Shown piece by piece: positions 23,682 to 36,329 of a stretch of DNA of 64,000 nucleotides. The stretch lies in the NCBI RefSeq assembly GCF_018977255.1, contig NW_024704746.1, positions 56,606,001-56,670,000 on the forward strand, read 5' to 3'. Each line of letters opens with the position of its first letter. The first letter of the stretch is position 1. The position numbers were made by a program, and so were the translations under genes. The notes under the pieces were generated by a model. The model ran no database searches. It was not told the origin of the DNA and saw only the letters and a list, made by a program, of their open reading frames with translations. The stretch is from Callorhinchus milii. Its lineage: Eukaryota.

Positions 23682-24506
23682 CTGAAGACAAGGAAATGAG
23701 TTAAGAAACAATCATCCATAATTCCAGGTAAAAGAAGACCTGCAGCAACACTTGTGATTTAATTTGAATAAATACAAATCATCTTAAAATGAAAAATGCT
23801 GGTAGTTGTAACTGGTCTTCATTTCACACCATTTATCAGTGTCCAAAGAAAATACAATTCTCATGTTAAGCTGCTCTACAATTCAGCGAGTGTCTACAAA
23901 ATCAGATTTCTCATATTTGTGCAAGGGAACTTACTGGATATTGATGAACAATATTAGAATAACTGGGATAAGTCTGACAGAATGGAAATTATCAATGCTA
24001 AATGCAGTTACTAATACAAAGCATTAGATAACTGTGATTTTGGTCACCTTCTCCCTCCACCTCTCCCTTTCCTGTTGTCCCAGCTAACGCACTTTGAAAC
24101 ATTCTCTTACATTAAAGGCGGTATATGTATTGTCCAGGTGGGATGGCTGGCCATTATGGCTTTGGCTCAAAGGGTTGAATACACATCTACACTTCCAAGG
24201 GTCATTGGTGAGCCAGACAGATTGGTCAGCCATCAATAATGTCTTGGATAATAGCAGATTTCTCATGTTTTTTCCAGGTGAATCCCAGATCTAGTTAAAC
24301 CCAAAGTCCCCAGACTTGGCACAATCCACGGTATCAGCAACTCTTGAAAGTTTTTCCTTCTGATTTGTGATCGATATCTGAAACACATGCTTTCTGGTCT
24401 GTATCCTAGTAAACCTAGTACTCTACATGTTACTTTAGGAGCCATATAATGTCTAGTTCCACGGCGCCTCAGGAACTATATGTGTGGAGAACCTGCAACT
24501 GCTCAC

Positions 24507-24681
24507 CTCATACTTCTCCGATCAGGATCATACCTCTCTGGTAGAAGCCATCCCAGAGATCTGTATACAATCACCACAGCAACGGCATAATGCTGAGGCC
24601 CTTCTGTACTTCTTTTCTTCCTTTTTGATGACAAGTCTTTCGACCTTCCGGTTATGTTGAATTGAGGGAAATAGCCCTGCC
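24507..24681 (-). CDS. CELSR1: CELSR1 exon, GAIN variable loop (GQGYFPQ...SKRKKRSTEGPQHYAVAVVIVYRSLGWLLPERYDPDRRSM)
   Basis: attcttag|GGCAG...ATGAG|gtgagc; 175 nt; 5' boundary chosen on phase compatibility. Confidence 0.85.
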
Positions 24682-25799
24682 CTAAGAATATATTACTGAG
24701 AGTTACTTTAGGACACCAAACATCAAGGAATGATTCTTTCAACTCGGGAGTTAAATCTCAGTTACAAATCCATGTCATCCCTGAATAGTAAGGCTTCTTA
24801 AAATAAAATGCTTGATTTAACAACTTCTTGCATGTGTCACTCACTCCATTGAAGAATTCAGAGAATTTATTATATCACAGCATAGTCAAACTGGGCTCAG
24901 AGTTCAATGAATCATCCAAAGGAGGTACATTCCTGAGGAAGAACAGGCCTTCATGCATACACACCATTTGTTTGGCTTTACTTGAAAAATACCAACATTT
25001 CTAATAATCAACATAATACTGTAACTACCACCTTGCACCTTGGAATGGACTTGGAGCTACATAGCTGTTGATTTGACTCAGGTTTATTCTACAATTTGCT
25101 GATGTATCAACTCACTGATGCAATTTAGAGACACTTGTCCCTTATTCAGTCTATGACAATTCGCATTATAATGACACGAGGAGTAGTTTTTTCAGTGTTT
25201 TAATTTATCAGCTTGCTTAGAAGCCTAAGTGTGTGAATGAACTTCTATTTAAGGGATTACGGTAAACTACAGTAAACTAAGAAAAGAAATGTCACAGTGA
25301 AGTGTCTCGCTACTGAATGTGAACAGCTACTTTACAGTTAAAGAATTTGAAGTCACAGAACATTAACCTGGTGGGGGTGATACAGTGAGTTTGAGATAAC
25401 ACTTCAACTGAACTCTTCACTTCAAGGGATTGTAATTTTACTCCCTAGAAGCAGTTTACATGAAAAGATGAAACGAATTGTCCAGAAGTATTGTGCAAGG
25501 TTGAGGAATCAGTGATAGGTAAAATAGTCTTAAATTTCAAACCGCTGCGAATTTCTGAGACATTGAAGACATTTTTTTTTACACACCGGTATTGACAACC
25601 AATTCTTACTTTCCAATAGAAATCATTCGAGAGACAAGAAAGCGAAGAATATCGGTTTGTTCCTTTCTCTAACTTTCTCCCTTACTCTCCGGAAGATGGA
25701 TCTCTTGGGATATGGCTTCACAAGAATTGACAATCCTTTGGTACCTCATCCCAAGTGGCAATTCTTCATGTGTCTGCTTAAATATGTGCTTTGGTTGGC

Positions 25800-26025
25800 A
25801 ATTGAGCTCTGGAGTCATGCTAGCTGATCCCCAAATCCACACTTTCCAAAAAGGGCCACAAGATATAAATCAGAAGAGGAAATCCTGGCTGACTTATTTT
25901 GGCCTCTCTAGCCCAGATACACTGAGGTCAATTCATCTGTGCGCACCCCCCAGCCCCAGTTGAGATTTAGCTAACTCACGACAGAATAGCAACTAAACCT
26001 GCATTCATCTGGTCTGTACATCGTA
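25800..26025 (-). mobile_element. Ancient AmnSINE2-like relic
   Basis: cctggctgacttattttggcctctctagcccagatacactgaggtcaatt...gttgagatttagctaactca; match recalled from memory only. Confidence 0.5.
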
Positions 26026-26410
26026 GTGCTGCTGGGCCATTGGGGAAGCCTGTCTGCAACAACTGTAGACCTCCCTGTGTACAAGAACATGACTCACCTC
26101 TCAGGAGAAAAAGAAATAAATGTCAAACAGCTTTGGAAAGAGAAAGGTTAACTAACATTTCAAGCATGGACCTTCACCAAAGCTGTGGAATCTGTTTCAC
26201 CTGCTGTGGATTTCCAGAGATTTCTCAGGATGAATGTTGTTGTATATTACCAGAGAAAAGAGGATTGGGGGGGGACTCTTTAAAGAGATGCAAAGAAATA
26301 GACATTTGGAGTTTAGAACCACAGACACTCAGGATTTCATTTTGATCCCCAGCTTTCAAAGGTACCTTGTCTGGACACAGAGCCAAAAGGCAATTAAATA
26401 TTTTTCTCAC

Positions 26411-26542
26411 CTTCAATTTTGAAAAGACTTTCTGGAAAGTATACAGTAGATTCAAGGTCTTCTGGAATCTTTTCACGGATTTTCTCAAACTGTGGTACAC
26501 TGGCACCCAGGAATTTAGGCTCCAGAAGGTCAACAGCAATGA
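26411..26542 (-). CDS. CELSR1: CELSR1 exon, GAIN (IIAVDLLEPKFLGASVPQFEKIREKIPEDLESTVYFPESLFKIE)
   Basis: tcttctattcaag|TCATT...GAAG|gtgaga; 132 nt, phase 1 to 1; less common AAG acceptor. Confidence 0.85.
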
Positions 26543-27660
26543 CTTGAATAGAAGAATTACAGGTACATAAATGGTCAGAGTATTGAAACACAAAGCACAA
26601 GGCTGTCCCACCACTCTGAGGTTTGTCGAGTCGTGATCTGCATAGTTAGAAGATCTGAATTTCTCAATTAATTTGAAATGGATTAGTTTAATATATATTG
26701 TCCAAAATGTTACATCTAACCTGCTCTAATAAAATGCTATTAATTGTACTATTTGAACAAAGATACTGCATTATTTTCTATGGGGTGATAACTTCTATTA
26801 TCTGTTATCTATGTTACTGTTACACTCTAAAGGGGAAAGATTCCACTTAGATCTAGACTAACTATTTACGTAGCAATTTAAAGTGTCCAGAATTTGGCAA
26901 ATTCTTAAATACAGCCTTCACCTGGAAGCAGGTTTTCTGTAAATTCCTTTGAAAACTTAAGACTCAATTTAGACTGATTTAGAATTTAGACTGAATTCAA
27001 TAATTTGCTAAATGTCATAAAATATTGTACTACATAAATAGTGTAAATCTAGTCCCAGGTGAAATTTCTTTTCTTAACGTGCTTAAAACAGCGCTCCTAT
27101 CTTCTATATGAGAATACTGCAAATAATCTTTATCACTAAAGTAACTTTCACAGAAACAGTGTAAAAAATATTGTTTACTTTATATATTGAAAACAATTAA
27201 CAAACTTACTCACTTTCCAAAAATAACACTTCATCCTTTACCCAGGATGTTTTTCTCCCCAAATCTCCTCCCAATGTTCCAGTCAGTGAACCTGCACAGG
27301 ACCATTCACTCTTCCCAGCAGAGGTCAGTCTAATAATCTCTCGTGCCTTCACCAAAACCGCTCTAGATCTATGTGCAGGGAGCTGAGATTCCTGGGCAAT
27401 TACTCGTCCCCACCCCACTTTGGACAGTGCCAGAATCTCCCCAGATGACAAGCCATGTACCAGACGCCCACTGTTTGGCGCCAACCACCACATCCAAATT
27501 TTGGATGAGCAACATATCCCATTACTGTAGAGTTCCCTAAGTGTTTTTAATACACCAGCTCATTACAAAGTGAACGTTTTAAAAGAACTGCCAAACAGAA
27601 AGATTGGACGATACAGTGATAATGCATTCTGTATCCTTCTGAACATGTCTCGTTACTTAC

Positions 27661-27844
27661 TCAGGTTGGGTGTGACAATGGTGAAGGGTCGGAGGTAGGT
27701 TTTCCTCATGTTTCGTGCTATGGTGTGAGCATATTCCTCGTAATGCTTCATTAGGTGTGCTGTACCTCCTTCAGTCCGCTGGATTTGTTCCCAGTACTCT
27801 TTGTTCTCAAGATCCAGAATGGCACTGGCTGTTCTTATTATATT
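27661..27844 (-). CDS. CELSR1: CELSR1 exon, GAIN (NIIRTASAILD...TYLRPFTIVTPNL)
   Basis: ctttcag|AAT...CTGA|gtaagt; 184 nt. Confidence 0.95.
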
Positions 27845-29943
27845 CTGAAAAGCCATGGCAACTATTTAAAACATGTAAGTTTACCTTCCAGCTGAGTTCA
27901 TACCAGGGACACAAAGTCGAAAATCCTTCTTTTTACATGTGCTTTGGCCGACCTTTCTGCCTCAGGTAGGCACCAGACAAAAGGAGGTTTCGAAACTGCG
28001 GCCGACATCCGTCCCAGGTATCAATGAACAAGAATATTAGTCATTGCAATGCTGCATTAATCACATCTAATGTTTTAAGTTTTACTAGCAGTTCTGGCCA
28101 ATGATGTGGAATAAAGGCCTCTCTGAGAATGAGCTCCTAAGCTAAGGTCCGCTTGCAATGCAATTAATACCTCATTTGAAAATATTAATAGTTCTTTTTG
28201 GTTATTTGAACTCAACAGGAAACAGTTTAAAGTGAGCTTAAACCACAAACATTGAGGTACTGAAGGTCAGAATCTCATTGGCTCAAATGATCATCTCCAA
28301 TCATTGCCAGCAATTGCTGGTAATAAGCTTTAAACGCTGACATAACAGGAGCCCAGAGCTGAGGGCATAGGTTACCCTGGCACCTGGAAAAGAAGTCTTT
28401 ACAATGGTATTTAACATTGAGGTTTACATTAATGACGCAAAGCAAATCATAAAAATGTCAAACATTTGTATGTAAAATGATTATACCCATTGTACTTTGA
28501 TACCATAAGACGACTCAGAGCAGCTCATGGACGTAAACATTTCTTCCAGTTTCCCAACCCTTCCAAGAGAGGCACGACTTTAACAGCGTGTTGCATGAAA
28601 TGCTAACGAGTGGATGCAAATTATGTATCCATCCATGGCAAAGTAAGCGAGTGTTCCCATACACTACACCACCGAGCATATCACTGTAAACATTGGGGTA
28701 AAGCTGGATATTCAATATTTGTCTCATCAAATGTGCTGAAGGTGGACGTCAATGCTTTTCACAATTCATATCTTGAAGATAGTGGCCTTGGACTACAGGT
28801 TAGCAAAAGTAACAAAAACAGAGCTCAGCTTGTGTAAATAGATCAAGGATCCTGAAAGCCAGCAGCAGAGATTCCCACCAGCACTGTCTTGATAACTATA
28901 CTCAAAGCCAAGGTGGATTGTGGTGGATAATATCACACAAAGCTGCATTCTATGACAAGGGCGTCTACTGCACCTTCCCCCAGGAAAAATGGGGACAAGC
29001 TGAACTAGATCTTGTTCACAATTTGATCGTGTCTCACCATAAGGTTGGGTTTTCAGATTAAAGGTTCTGGTTGGGTGTGCTAACTTTTACTGGAATCAGG
29101 TGTAATTGATACATTGCACCTTAGGCTCCAGCTTGCTGCGAGACAGTATCTTCCTTTCCCTGCAGTTCAGTGGCTTTTTGCACAATAGTGAAACCAGACG
29201 ATATGATAAACACAAGAAGAACACCAGACACATCATGCTGAATCATGGGAACTCTGATTTGAAAATATTTGCCATCAGAATGGAGCTCCTTCAGGTCAAC
29301 GTGACATACTTTTGGTTTCCTTAATAAGGAATCCTATGAGAACTTGTTAAGACTTATTAGACCCCACTGTTGGCCCAAATACACAAGTCACAGAATGCGG
29401 GTTTGCTCCAAATCCTAAAATCTCCCAATTTCACAGGACAGAATTGTGAAGTGTTCTGTACTTCATTATACACTTCAGATCCGACCACACAATGTTCAGA
29501 AAGGGAAATGCCCAAACCAACTAGGGTAAAAAATGCAAATCTGAATGAAATTGAGCTGTGGAGCTTTACAGAATGCCAGGCTCTAAGCAGACAAAGATAG
29601 TGAGTCTTCTCTTACACGTTGTTGAATGGGGGAATTAATTAAATGGTAGTTTTCAGCTTTATGCAGACTCCATTTCTGACACCTGAATACACTGATTGCT
29701 AGGTTACATGAAGTGTAATTAAGCTTCTGCCTGACATTTTCCAAAGCTTGGGGCTTAACACAATTAACTTGTGAAAAGAAGACATACATTCATTCTATTG
29801 CTTTGTGTTACAATCTGATCCAAGAAAAGTGGACAAAGACCTCTATCAAATATGCGTACAGTTGTGCGACATAAAGGGACTGCCGATGCCTTAGAGACAG
29901 TGCAGAGAACAAAGAAAATAATGTCTAGCATAAGAGCGATGAA

Positions 29944-30400
29944 CTCAGAGCAGACCGGAGCCAGAGAAACGGAGGGTACGGGCAGGTAAGTAGGGGGATA
30001 GTAGGTCGGAGAGGTAGGAGGGAGCAAGGCTGTGAATGGCCTTGTAGGTGAGGATGAGGATCTTGAATTCGATCCTCTGGGGGATGGGGAGCCAGTGGAG
30101 GCGAGCGAGGGTGGGAGTGATGTGGTCCCGAAGCCTGGTGCAGGACAGTACACGAGCTGCAGAGTTCTGAATGACCTGCAGGGTGTGGAGGGAGGTGCCG
30201 GGAAGGCCGGCGAGGAGAGAGTTCCCATAGTCCAGCCTTGAGGTGATAAAGGCGTGGACTAGTGTTTCAGCAGCGTGAGGGGTGAGGTAGTGCTGTAGTC
30301 TGGCGATGTTCCGGAGGTGGTGGAAGGCGGTACCAGTTATGGCGCGGATATGAGGAAGAAAGGACAGCTCAGGGTCGAACAGAACACCGAGGTTCCTGAC
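29944..30400 (-). mobile_element. L2 LINE ORF2 C-terminal fragment
   Basis: VRNLGVLFDPELSF...LVHAFITSRLDYGNSLL...LHWLPIPQRIEFKIL within ORF 29945..30562. Confidence 0.92.
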
Positions 30401-30504
30401 AAGAACACTAAGGCAGCAGGACAAGGGGGCACAAGTTCTGGATTTGAAATTGCAGGGCAATTTCAGAGCAAATAGCAGAAAGTATTTCTCTACCCAGATG
30501 GTAA

Positions 30505-30672
30505 TTAAAAAAATAATATGGTCACTCAATCCACGACTGCTGTGTGCAATTGACTGCCTCATTTAGCCCAGAAAATATGTAGTCAATTCACCTTACAGTA
30601 TATTCCGTGAAGCACTTTGAGACGTCTTGAAGATGAGGTGCTATATCAAATACAAGGATTACTATTATTATT
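30505..30672 (+). mobile_element. tRNA-SINE 3' half nested in a decayed CR1 fragment (CR1 pieces at about 30420-30505 and 30913-30990)
   Basis: ggtcactcaatccacgactgctgtgtgcaattg...caaatacaaggattactattatta. Confidence 0.75.
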
Positions 30673-31201
30673 CTTATAGGAATAGAGAACACTATTGTTG
30701 AATCCAGTTGCAATGTGATATAACTCACAAGGACACCATTGCAGCTCAAAGAGCCACATTCTATTGCAGGTTAGACGTTTCACTTGAAAACTAACAATAA
30801 AGCTGCAGGGGAGAGAACCAGTTGGATTGCATCCCTGCAAACAAACTATATGTCAGATTCATTCTGGCTTAGTTAGTTGGAGTCAGAATATATTATTATA
30901 TTATTATAATAACTGGAATGGGTTCCCTAGAAGGGTGGTTGAGGCTATGTTACCGGAGTCATTTAAAAAATGGCTTAATGCTGTAATGTGAAGCTTGGAG
31001 AGTATGTGTTATGGAAAGATGAGATCAACTGGGTTGATGGGTATTCTTCATGCATATATCACTATTGTGATCTGCTAAAATAACACCTCTCAGCCTCTTA
31101 AAATAACACCATGCATCCATGGAAGGAAAGCCTTTGAAGATGACTTTGTAGATGACAAGCTGCTTGTGTTTGGGTGGGGAAATGGAAATCATATAATATA
31201 C

Positions 31202-31411
31202 CTCATTGAACTCTACATCCTGAGTGGCAGCCAAATCGAAGTCCTGCTGTGTGCCCTCATACTGAAGAATCCTCTTCATCAGTTCATTTGCAATCTTCAC
31301 ATCGTTCCCGTAATATGTAACTGTGTGTTTGGTGGCATTGCGCAGCATGTTAGCCAGCTGCTTTGATTTATGTGCATCCATCTTTGTTTCATTGCGATAA
31401 AGCTTTTCCAT
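31202..31411 (-). CDS. CELSR1: CELSR1 exon, GAIN subdomain A (MEKLYRNETKMD...DLAATQDVEFNE)
   Basis: taaacag|ATG...GAG|gtatat; 210 nt. Confidence 0.93.
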
Positions 31412-31461
31412 CTGTTTATAAAATATAAAGTATCGAGTGAAGAGTTTGTGTATGTGTGCAA

Positions 31462-31571
31462 CACATAATGCTAACACAGCCATTTCCACACAATGCTAGC
31501 ACATGGTCATTTCCACACGGTGCAGGAGCATTCACACAATGCTAACAGGCATTTCCACACAGCGTTTACAC
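31462..31571. repeat. Degenerate minisatellite, about 20-27 bp unit x4-5
   Basis: Recurrent cacaatgcta...catttcca units. Confidence 0.75.
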
Positions 31572-31733
31572 ATCAGACTATTTGTTCCTACTACTTCACA
31601 TTCAGACACAGTAAACAAACAGAATTTGCTATTTCCAATGTTGCCCCGATGGAGGCATAAAAAGTGAAGTTATATGCGTCCAATTATTTTCCAACTTAAT
31701 AACAAAACTGGCATGTGCAGTAAAGGGACTTAC

Positions 31734-31828
31734 GATTATCTTGAGTTCGGCAAAGGCAAGTGTTGTACAATTGAAGAGATCTGCGGGCAGCCAACCTTTT
31801 TCTTCATTACAGTGCCGGATTGCCGTTC
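31734..31828 (-). CDS. CELSR1: CELSR1 exon, HormR end (GTAIRHCNEEKGWLPADLFNCTTLAFAELKII)
   Basis: tatacag|GAACG...ATC|gtaagt; 95 nt. Confidence 0.95.
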
Positions 31829-31962
31829 CTGTATAAAACAAAGCATAAAGGTTCCATAACTAGAGATGCTTTACTCACTTTATTAATTATACTGTATATT
31901 CAACTCTTACAGGGCGGCAGCAAAATAACGTCAAAAGTAACAGTCAAAGTAATCCTTTTTTT

Positions 31963-32440
31963 AACAACGACAACAAAATACATTTATAGAACACCTTTCA
32001 TGTCGGGAGGATGTCCCAAGGCGCTGGACAGTCAGGGGTCAGGACACGAGCATAAGGGAGGCGTGGGGTAACGTTGAGGGAAGGCAGAGAGGTGGGAGGG
32101 CGACCAAAGGCACAATCGAAGAGAACTTGAGACCGGCCTTGAAGGAGACAAGGGAGGAAGTGAGGCAAATGGACTGTGGGATGGAGTTCCAGAGTGTGGG
32201 GCAGAGAGGTTGAAAGCCCGGCCACCAATGGTAGGGCGGGTCGGGCGAGAGACATGGAGCAGGCCAGAGCCTGCTGAACGGAGGGAGAGGGCAGGTTGGT
32301 AGAGAGTCAGCAGGTCAGAGAGGTAGGAGGGGGCAAGGCCTTGGATGGCCTTGAAAGTGAGGACGACGATCTTGAATTCGATCCTCTGAGGGATGGGGAG
32401 TCAGTGGAGTCGGGCGAGGGTGGGAGTGATGGGGTCACGG
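31963..32440 (-). mobile_element. L2 LINE 3' fragment
   Basis: Colinear with 5631-6110 and 22552-22980. Confidence 0.9.
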
Positions 32441-33756
32441 AATCATAACAATATGACAATTCACTTACTCAGACAACACAATGTATATTATAGAAAGAGC
32501 GAAAGAAAGGTATGATTAAGAATTTTTGTGCTATGGAATGAATATTGCCTGTGTAAAATAACACTTAATGGTGCAGGATTGCTCAACTGTCCAGGTGCTC
32601 GTAAGGGCTCCAGAAAGAACTACAGGGCAAAATACTGAAACACAATACATTCATACAGCTCAAGACATTCTTTCACCCATGGGAGACCACAGCCTAGCTC
32701 ACACTCACCTATAGCGTGCTTGGATTATGGGTCCAATACTTTCATCATAGAATTTCCTGCACTGCTGAGATTGATAGGCTCTTATGTTAGCTTGTAAATT
32801 AAATGTTCTTTGAGAACAGTTCAGCTCTTAACTGTGCTGAAGAACTGCATTGACGTACGTTGTTTATCAACAATCCAAGTCGAACATATATGCAGCCAGG
32901 GTGGAGGTTTGGCTGAGAGTTGAGTTGCTGAATGCTTGAGCTTATTCTCAGTTTGGAAAAACCTTGGTCCTCAAATCATTGTTGACAATCTTGTTTGTTC
33001 TAACTATTGATCTGACTTGTATATCAACCTGCAATCTGCAACCCCCTTGTTTTAAATCAAAAGTGTCACTCCACTGCCAGTCAGACGTTCCAGGATAAGT
33101 TTCGATTGGAGTGCGTTCAGCCATTGACTCAGGAAGACCCAGCTCCCTCAGCACATCTTATAGTACTTACTGCTTGATTCAGGACAGGTTCGGGAATTTG
33201 CAGCATAATGCAACACGGACATCACAGAGGAGCTTAAACTAAATCTTTAAAACATTCATGGCACAGTGGTAGCCATTTTAATAATACCTCCTGCATGAAA
33301 ATAAATATCACTTTTTAAAAAAATTCAAACTGCTTATTTTCATCTCTGTGGTAAAAGCTACGCTTATGAATTTTAATTCCCCTGACTGGAAAGATTTTGG
33401 GTTAATTTATACTGTATTAAATCAATGAGATTTAAAGAAATAATGAACACTAGAGCCAGTCAGTGCCCTGACTTAGTCTCATTACATTATGTTTTGTTGG
33501 TTTCTTTTAGAAGTCTCCTACCGCAGTGTTGGGTTAGGTTTCTAACATACTTCAATACGTGAAGTATCAAGTGTCACGCTGAGCTCTCCATTTCTGGAGA
33601 GAAAACTTACAAACGTCAACATCAGTGGCAATTGGTCGCAAACTGACTTTGGTTTGGCTACATTATCCTATTTCAGTTTATGCTGAGTTTGGATGTGCTC
33701 TGTACAGACACGTTTCCCATGTCTGTAAGCCCAGAGCAGTCCACTCAGACTGTTAC

Positions 33757-34366
33757 GGCATGTTAGCATGTTTGCAAAAGGTTTAGAGTACAAGAGTAGG
33801 GAAGTCTTGCTGCAACTGTATAGGGCCTTGGTGAGACCGCACCTAGAGTATTGTGTGCAGTTTTGGTCTCCTTATTTAAAAAAGGACATACTTGCCTTAG
33901 AGGGGGTACAGCATAGATTCACTAGGTTAGTTCCTGGGATGAGGGGACTGACCTATGAGGATAGGCTGAATAAACTAGGGCTGTATTCTCTAGAGTACAG
34001 AAGAATTAGGGGAGATCTTATTGAAACATATAAGATTCTTAAAGGGCTGGATAAAGTAGACACTGACGGTCTGTTTCCCCTGGTAGGAGAATCTATAACC
34101 AGGGGTCACAGTCTTAAAATTAAGGGTCAGCCTTTTAGAACAGAGTTGAGGAAACATTTCTTCACTCAGAAGGCTGTAGATGTTCAGTCCTTGAACATCT
34201 TCAAGGCTGAGACTGATAGATTTTTAAAAAATAGAGGGATGAGGGGATATGGGGATAGGGCAGGTAATCAGAGTTGGGTCTGAAGATCAGCCATGATCTT
34301 ATCGAATGGCGGGGCAGGCTCTAGGGGCCGAATGGCCTACTCCTGCTCCTAATTCTTATGTTCTTA
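33757..34366 (+). mobile_element. CR1 LINE 3' fragment, relatively young
   Basis: ORF 33768..34283 (LYRALVRPHLEYCVQFWSPYLKKD...RGDLIETYKIL); 3' UTR ends ggccgaatggcctactcctgctcctaattcttatgttctta. Confidence 0.93.
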
Positions 34367-35145
34367 CTAGGTAATATTTATGCAACTTCAAGACAATAGA
34401 CTTTTAAATGTAGGATCACACAATGATGAATAGAATTGTAGGTCCACAAATAATACAACCTCCCTTACTGCCCAGGGGATACACCATACAGATCAGAGGT
34501 CATCTGATGTAATGATCCATATCATCATTTCACCATCACCTTCAGTGTGATACCCACGTCCAGAGGAGCTAGCTTCTCTACCTGTAGGGCTCCATGGCAA
34601 CTATCTACACTACAAGGCTCACGCGGGTGGGAAACAATGGAGACCATCTGGAATGGAGCCTAAAGAGCTCAAGTCTATAGCACAATACTGACGTGCATCA
34701 GGTATCATATCTGAATGAAAGTGTTAAGTTGGTGGATTTCTGATCTGAAATGCTTTAGTAATATACTTTGGAACACATAGAATCTGCCACTGTACCATCA
34801 CTACTATTGGACTGCCAAATAAGAAACCAAACACACCTGAACACATATATTTACTGGCTTATAAGCACCTGAATGAAAGACAAAAGATAAAAGCCTGATA
34901 ATAGTGGATAACTGAACCAATTCAGTGCTGAATTTAGCCATTCAGTCTTGAAAGATCCCACATTCAATTATCTTGGTGGAGTTATCTGATTTGAAGTGGA
35001 ACAGAAATGACAGATTAACAATTGGCCAGCCTCCCGCTCCAGGTAGGAAAGTGGAAAAATTAATCAGCCATGGTTGGACTCAAAGCCAATTGTGGCAGTC
35101 ACTGAGCCATTCTGCGGGTCACATCATTTCAGTGCCACTTTGTGG

Positions 35146-35847
35146 AGCAACCTAGGCGTCAGGTTCAACCCCCAATTATCCTTCCTCCCCCACATCCAGT
35201 CCCTCACCAGTACGGCTTTCTTCCACCTCCGACGCATTGCTCCTCTCCACCAATATCTCTCTCCGAAAGCCACTGAAACCCTGGTCCATGCCTTTGTCAC
35301 CTCTCAGCGGAGCCCTCCTCGCCGGTCTCCCCTCCACTACCATCCATAAAATCCAGATTATACAAAACTCTGCTGGCCGCATTCTTACCCGCACCAAACT
35401 CCGTTCCCCGATTACCCCAGTCCTTGCCAGACTGCACTGGCTGCCTGTCCCAGAGAGGATCGACTTCAAGATCCTCACTCTTGTCTTCAAATCCCTCCAC
35501 TCCTCTGCAACCCCCCGATCTCCTCTCTCCTCACAACAGTGCCCGTTGCCTTCGCTCCACTGGGTCTGGCCTCCTCCTTGTCCCCCGAGTCCTCCGCTCC
35601 ACCCTCCGCAACCGTGCCTTCAGCCACTATGCCCTGAGGCTCTGGAACTCCCTTCCTCACTCCCTTGGCCTCACCCCCTCTTTTCCTATTTTCAGATCTC
35701 GGCTGAAGACTTTTCTTTTTGTCCGCGCCTTTGGTCACCTTCCTCCCCCTCCCCCTGGCTCGGCCCCGGGATCCGTTACTGTGAAGCTCTCTGAGACGCC
35801 GTCCGGCGTGGAGGGTGCTATATAAATCCAAGTTGTTGTTGTTGTTG
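35146..35847 (+). mobile_element. L2 LINE 3' fragment, second subfamily, antisense to the gene
   Basis: NLGVRFNPQLSF...LHWLPVPERIDFKIL; ends gtgctatataaatccaa(gtt)5. Confidence 0.92.
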
Positions 35848-35975
35848 TACTGGCCTTTGAAATTGATATAAGCAGGTAGTACGCAAACCATCACTGAAAG
35901 TAGGTTACTCCAATGCTGTGAGCTACACCACAGCAGATTACAGTCAAAGGGCCATAAAATGACTGCTTCACTCAC

Positions 35976-36077
35976 CAATCGATCCTTTGGGACATGGCAT
36001 GGCTGCTGGGAGTCCAAAGTTTGTCCTTGGCCACCAAATTCCGGCTTCAAAAGCTTTTGGACACACATTGTACTTCA
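35976..36077 (-). CDS. CELSR1: CELSR1 exon, HormR domain (VKYNVCPKAFEAGIWWPRTNFGLPAAMPCPKGSI)
   Basis: ttttcag|TGAAG...ATTG|gtgagt; 102 nt. Confidence 0.95.
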
Positions 36078-36329
36078 CTGAAAAAGATGTGACATAATAT
36101 CAGAATAAATTCATACCCACAGAAATATCTACTGCCTGTCTTTAGATACCAGAGACTAAGACAACAAATTTTGATCTTAGTTCAGTATTAACTTAAGGAT
36201 ATACAATACTATTATCAAGTGTATTAAACAGAGCATTCAGACCATTTAAACAGATAATTACAACCTCCTCTAAGATTTTTTTCCTGATGCTTGGACAGTC
36301 ATGGAAGGTTTTCAATAATATCAGATGGA

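Noticed and set aside
25686-25810. Possible extra GAIN-loop exon ending at a GA|gtaagg donor
   Set aside because: No pyrimidine-tract acceptor, upstream sequence is SINE-derived, and the flanking exons already join in frame
33768-34283. 171-aa plus-strand ORF as a nested antisense gene
   Set aside because: It is the C-terminus of CR1 ORF2, 5'-truncated and followed by the CR1 3' UTR
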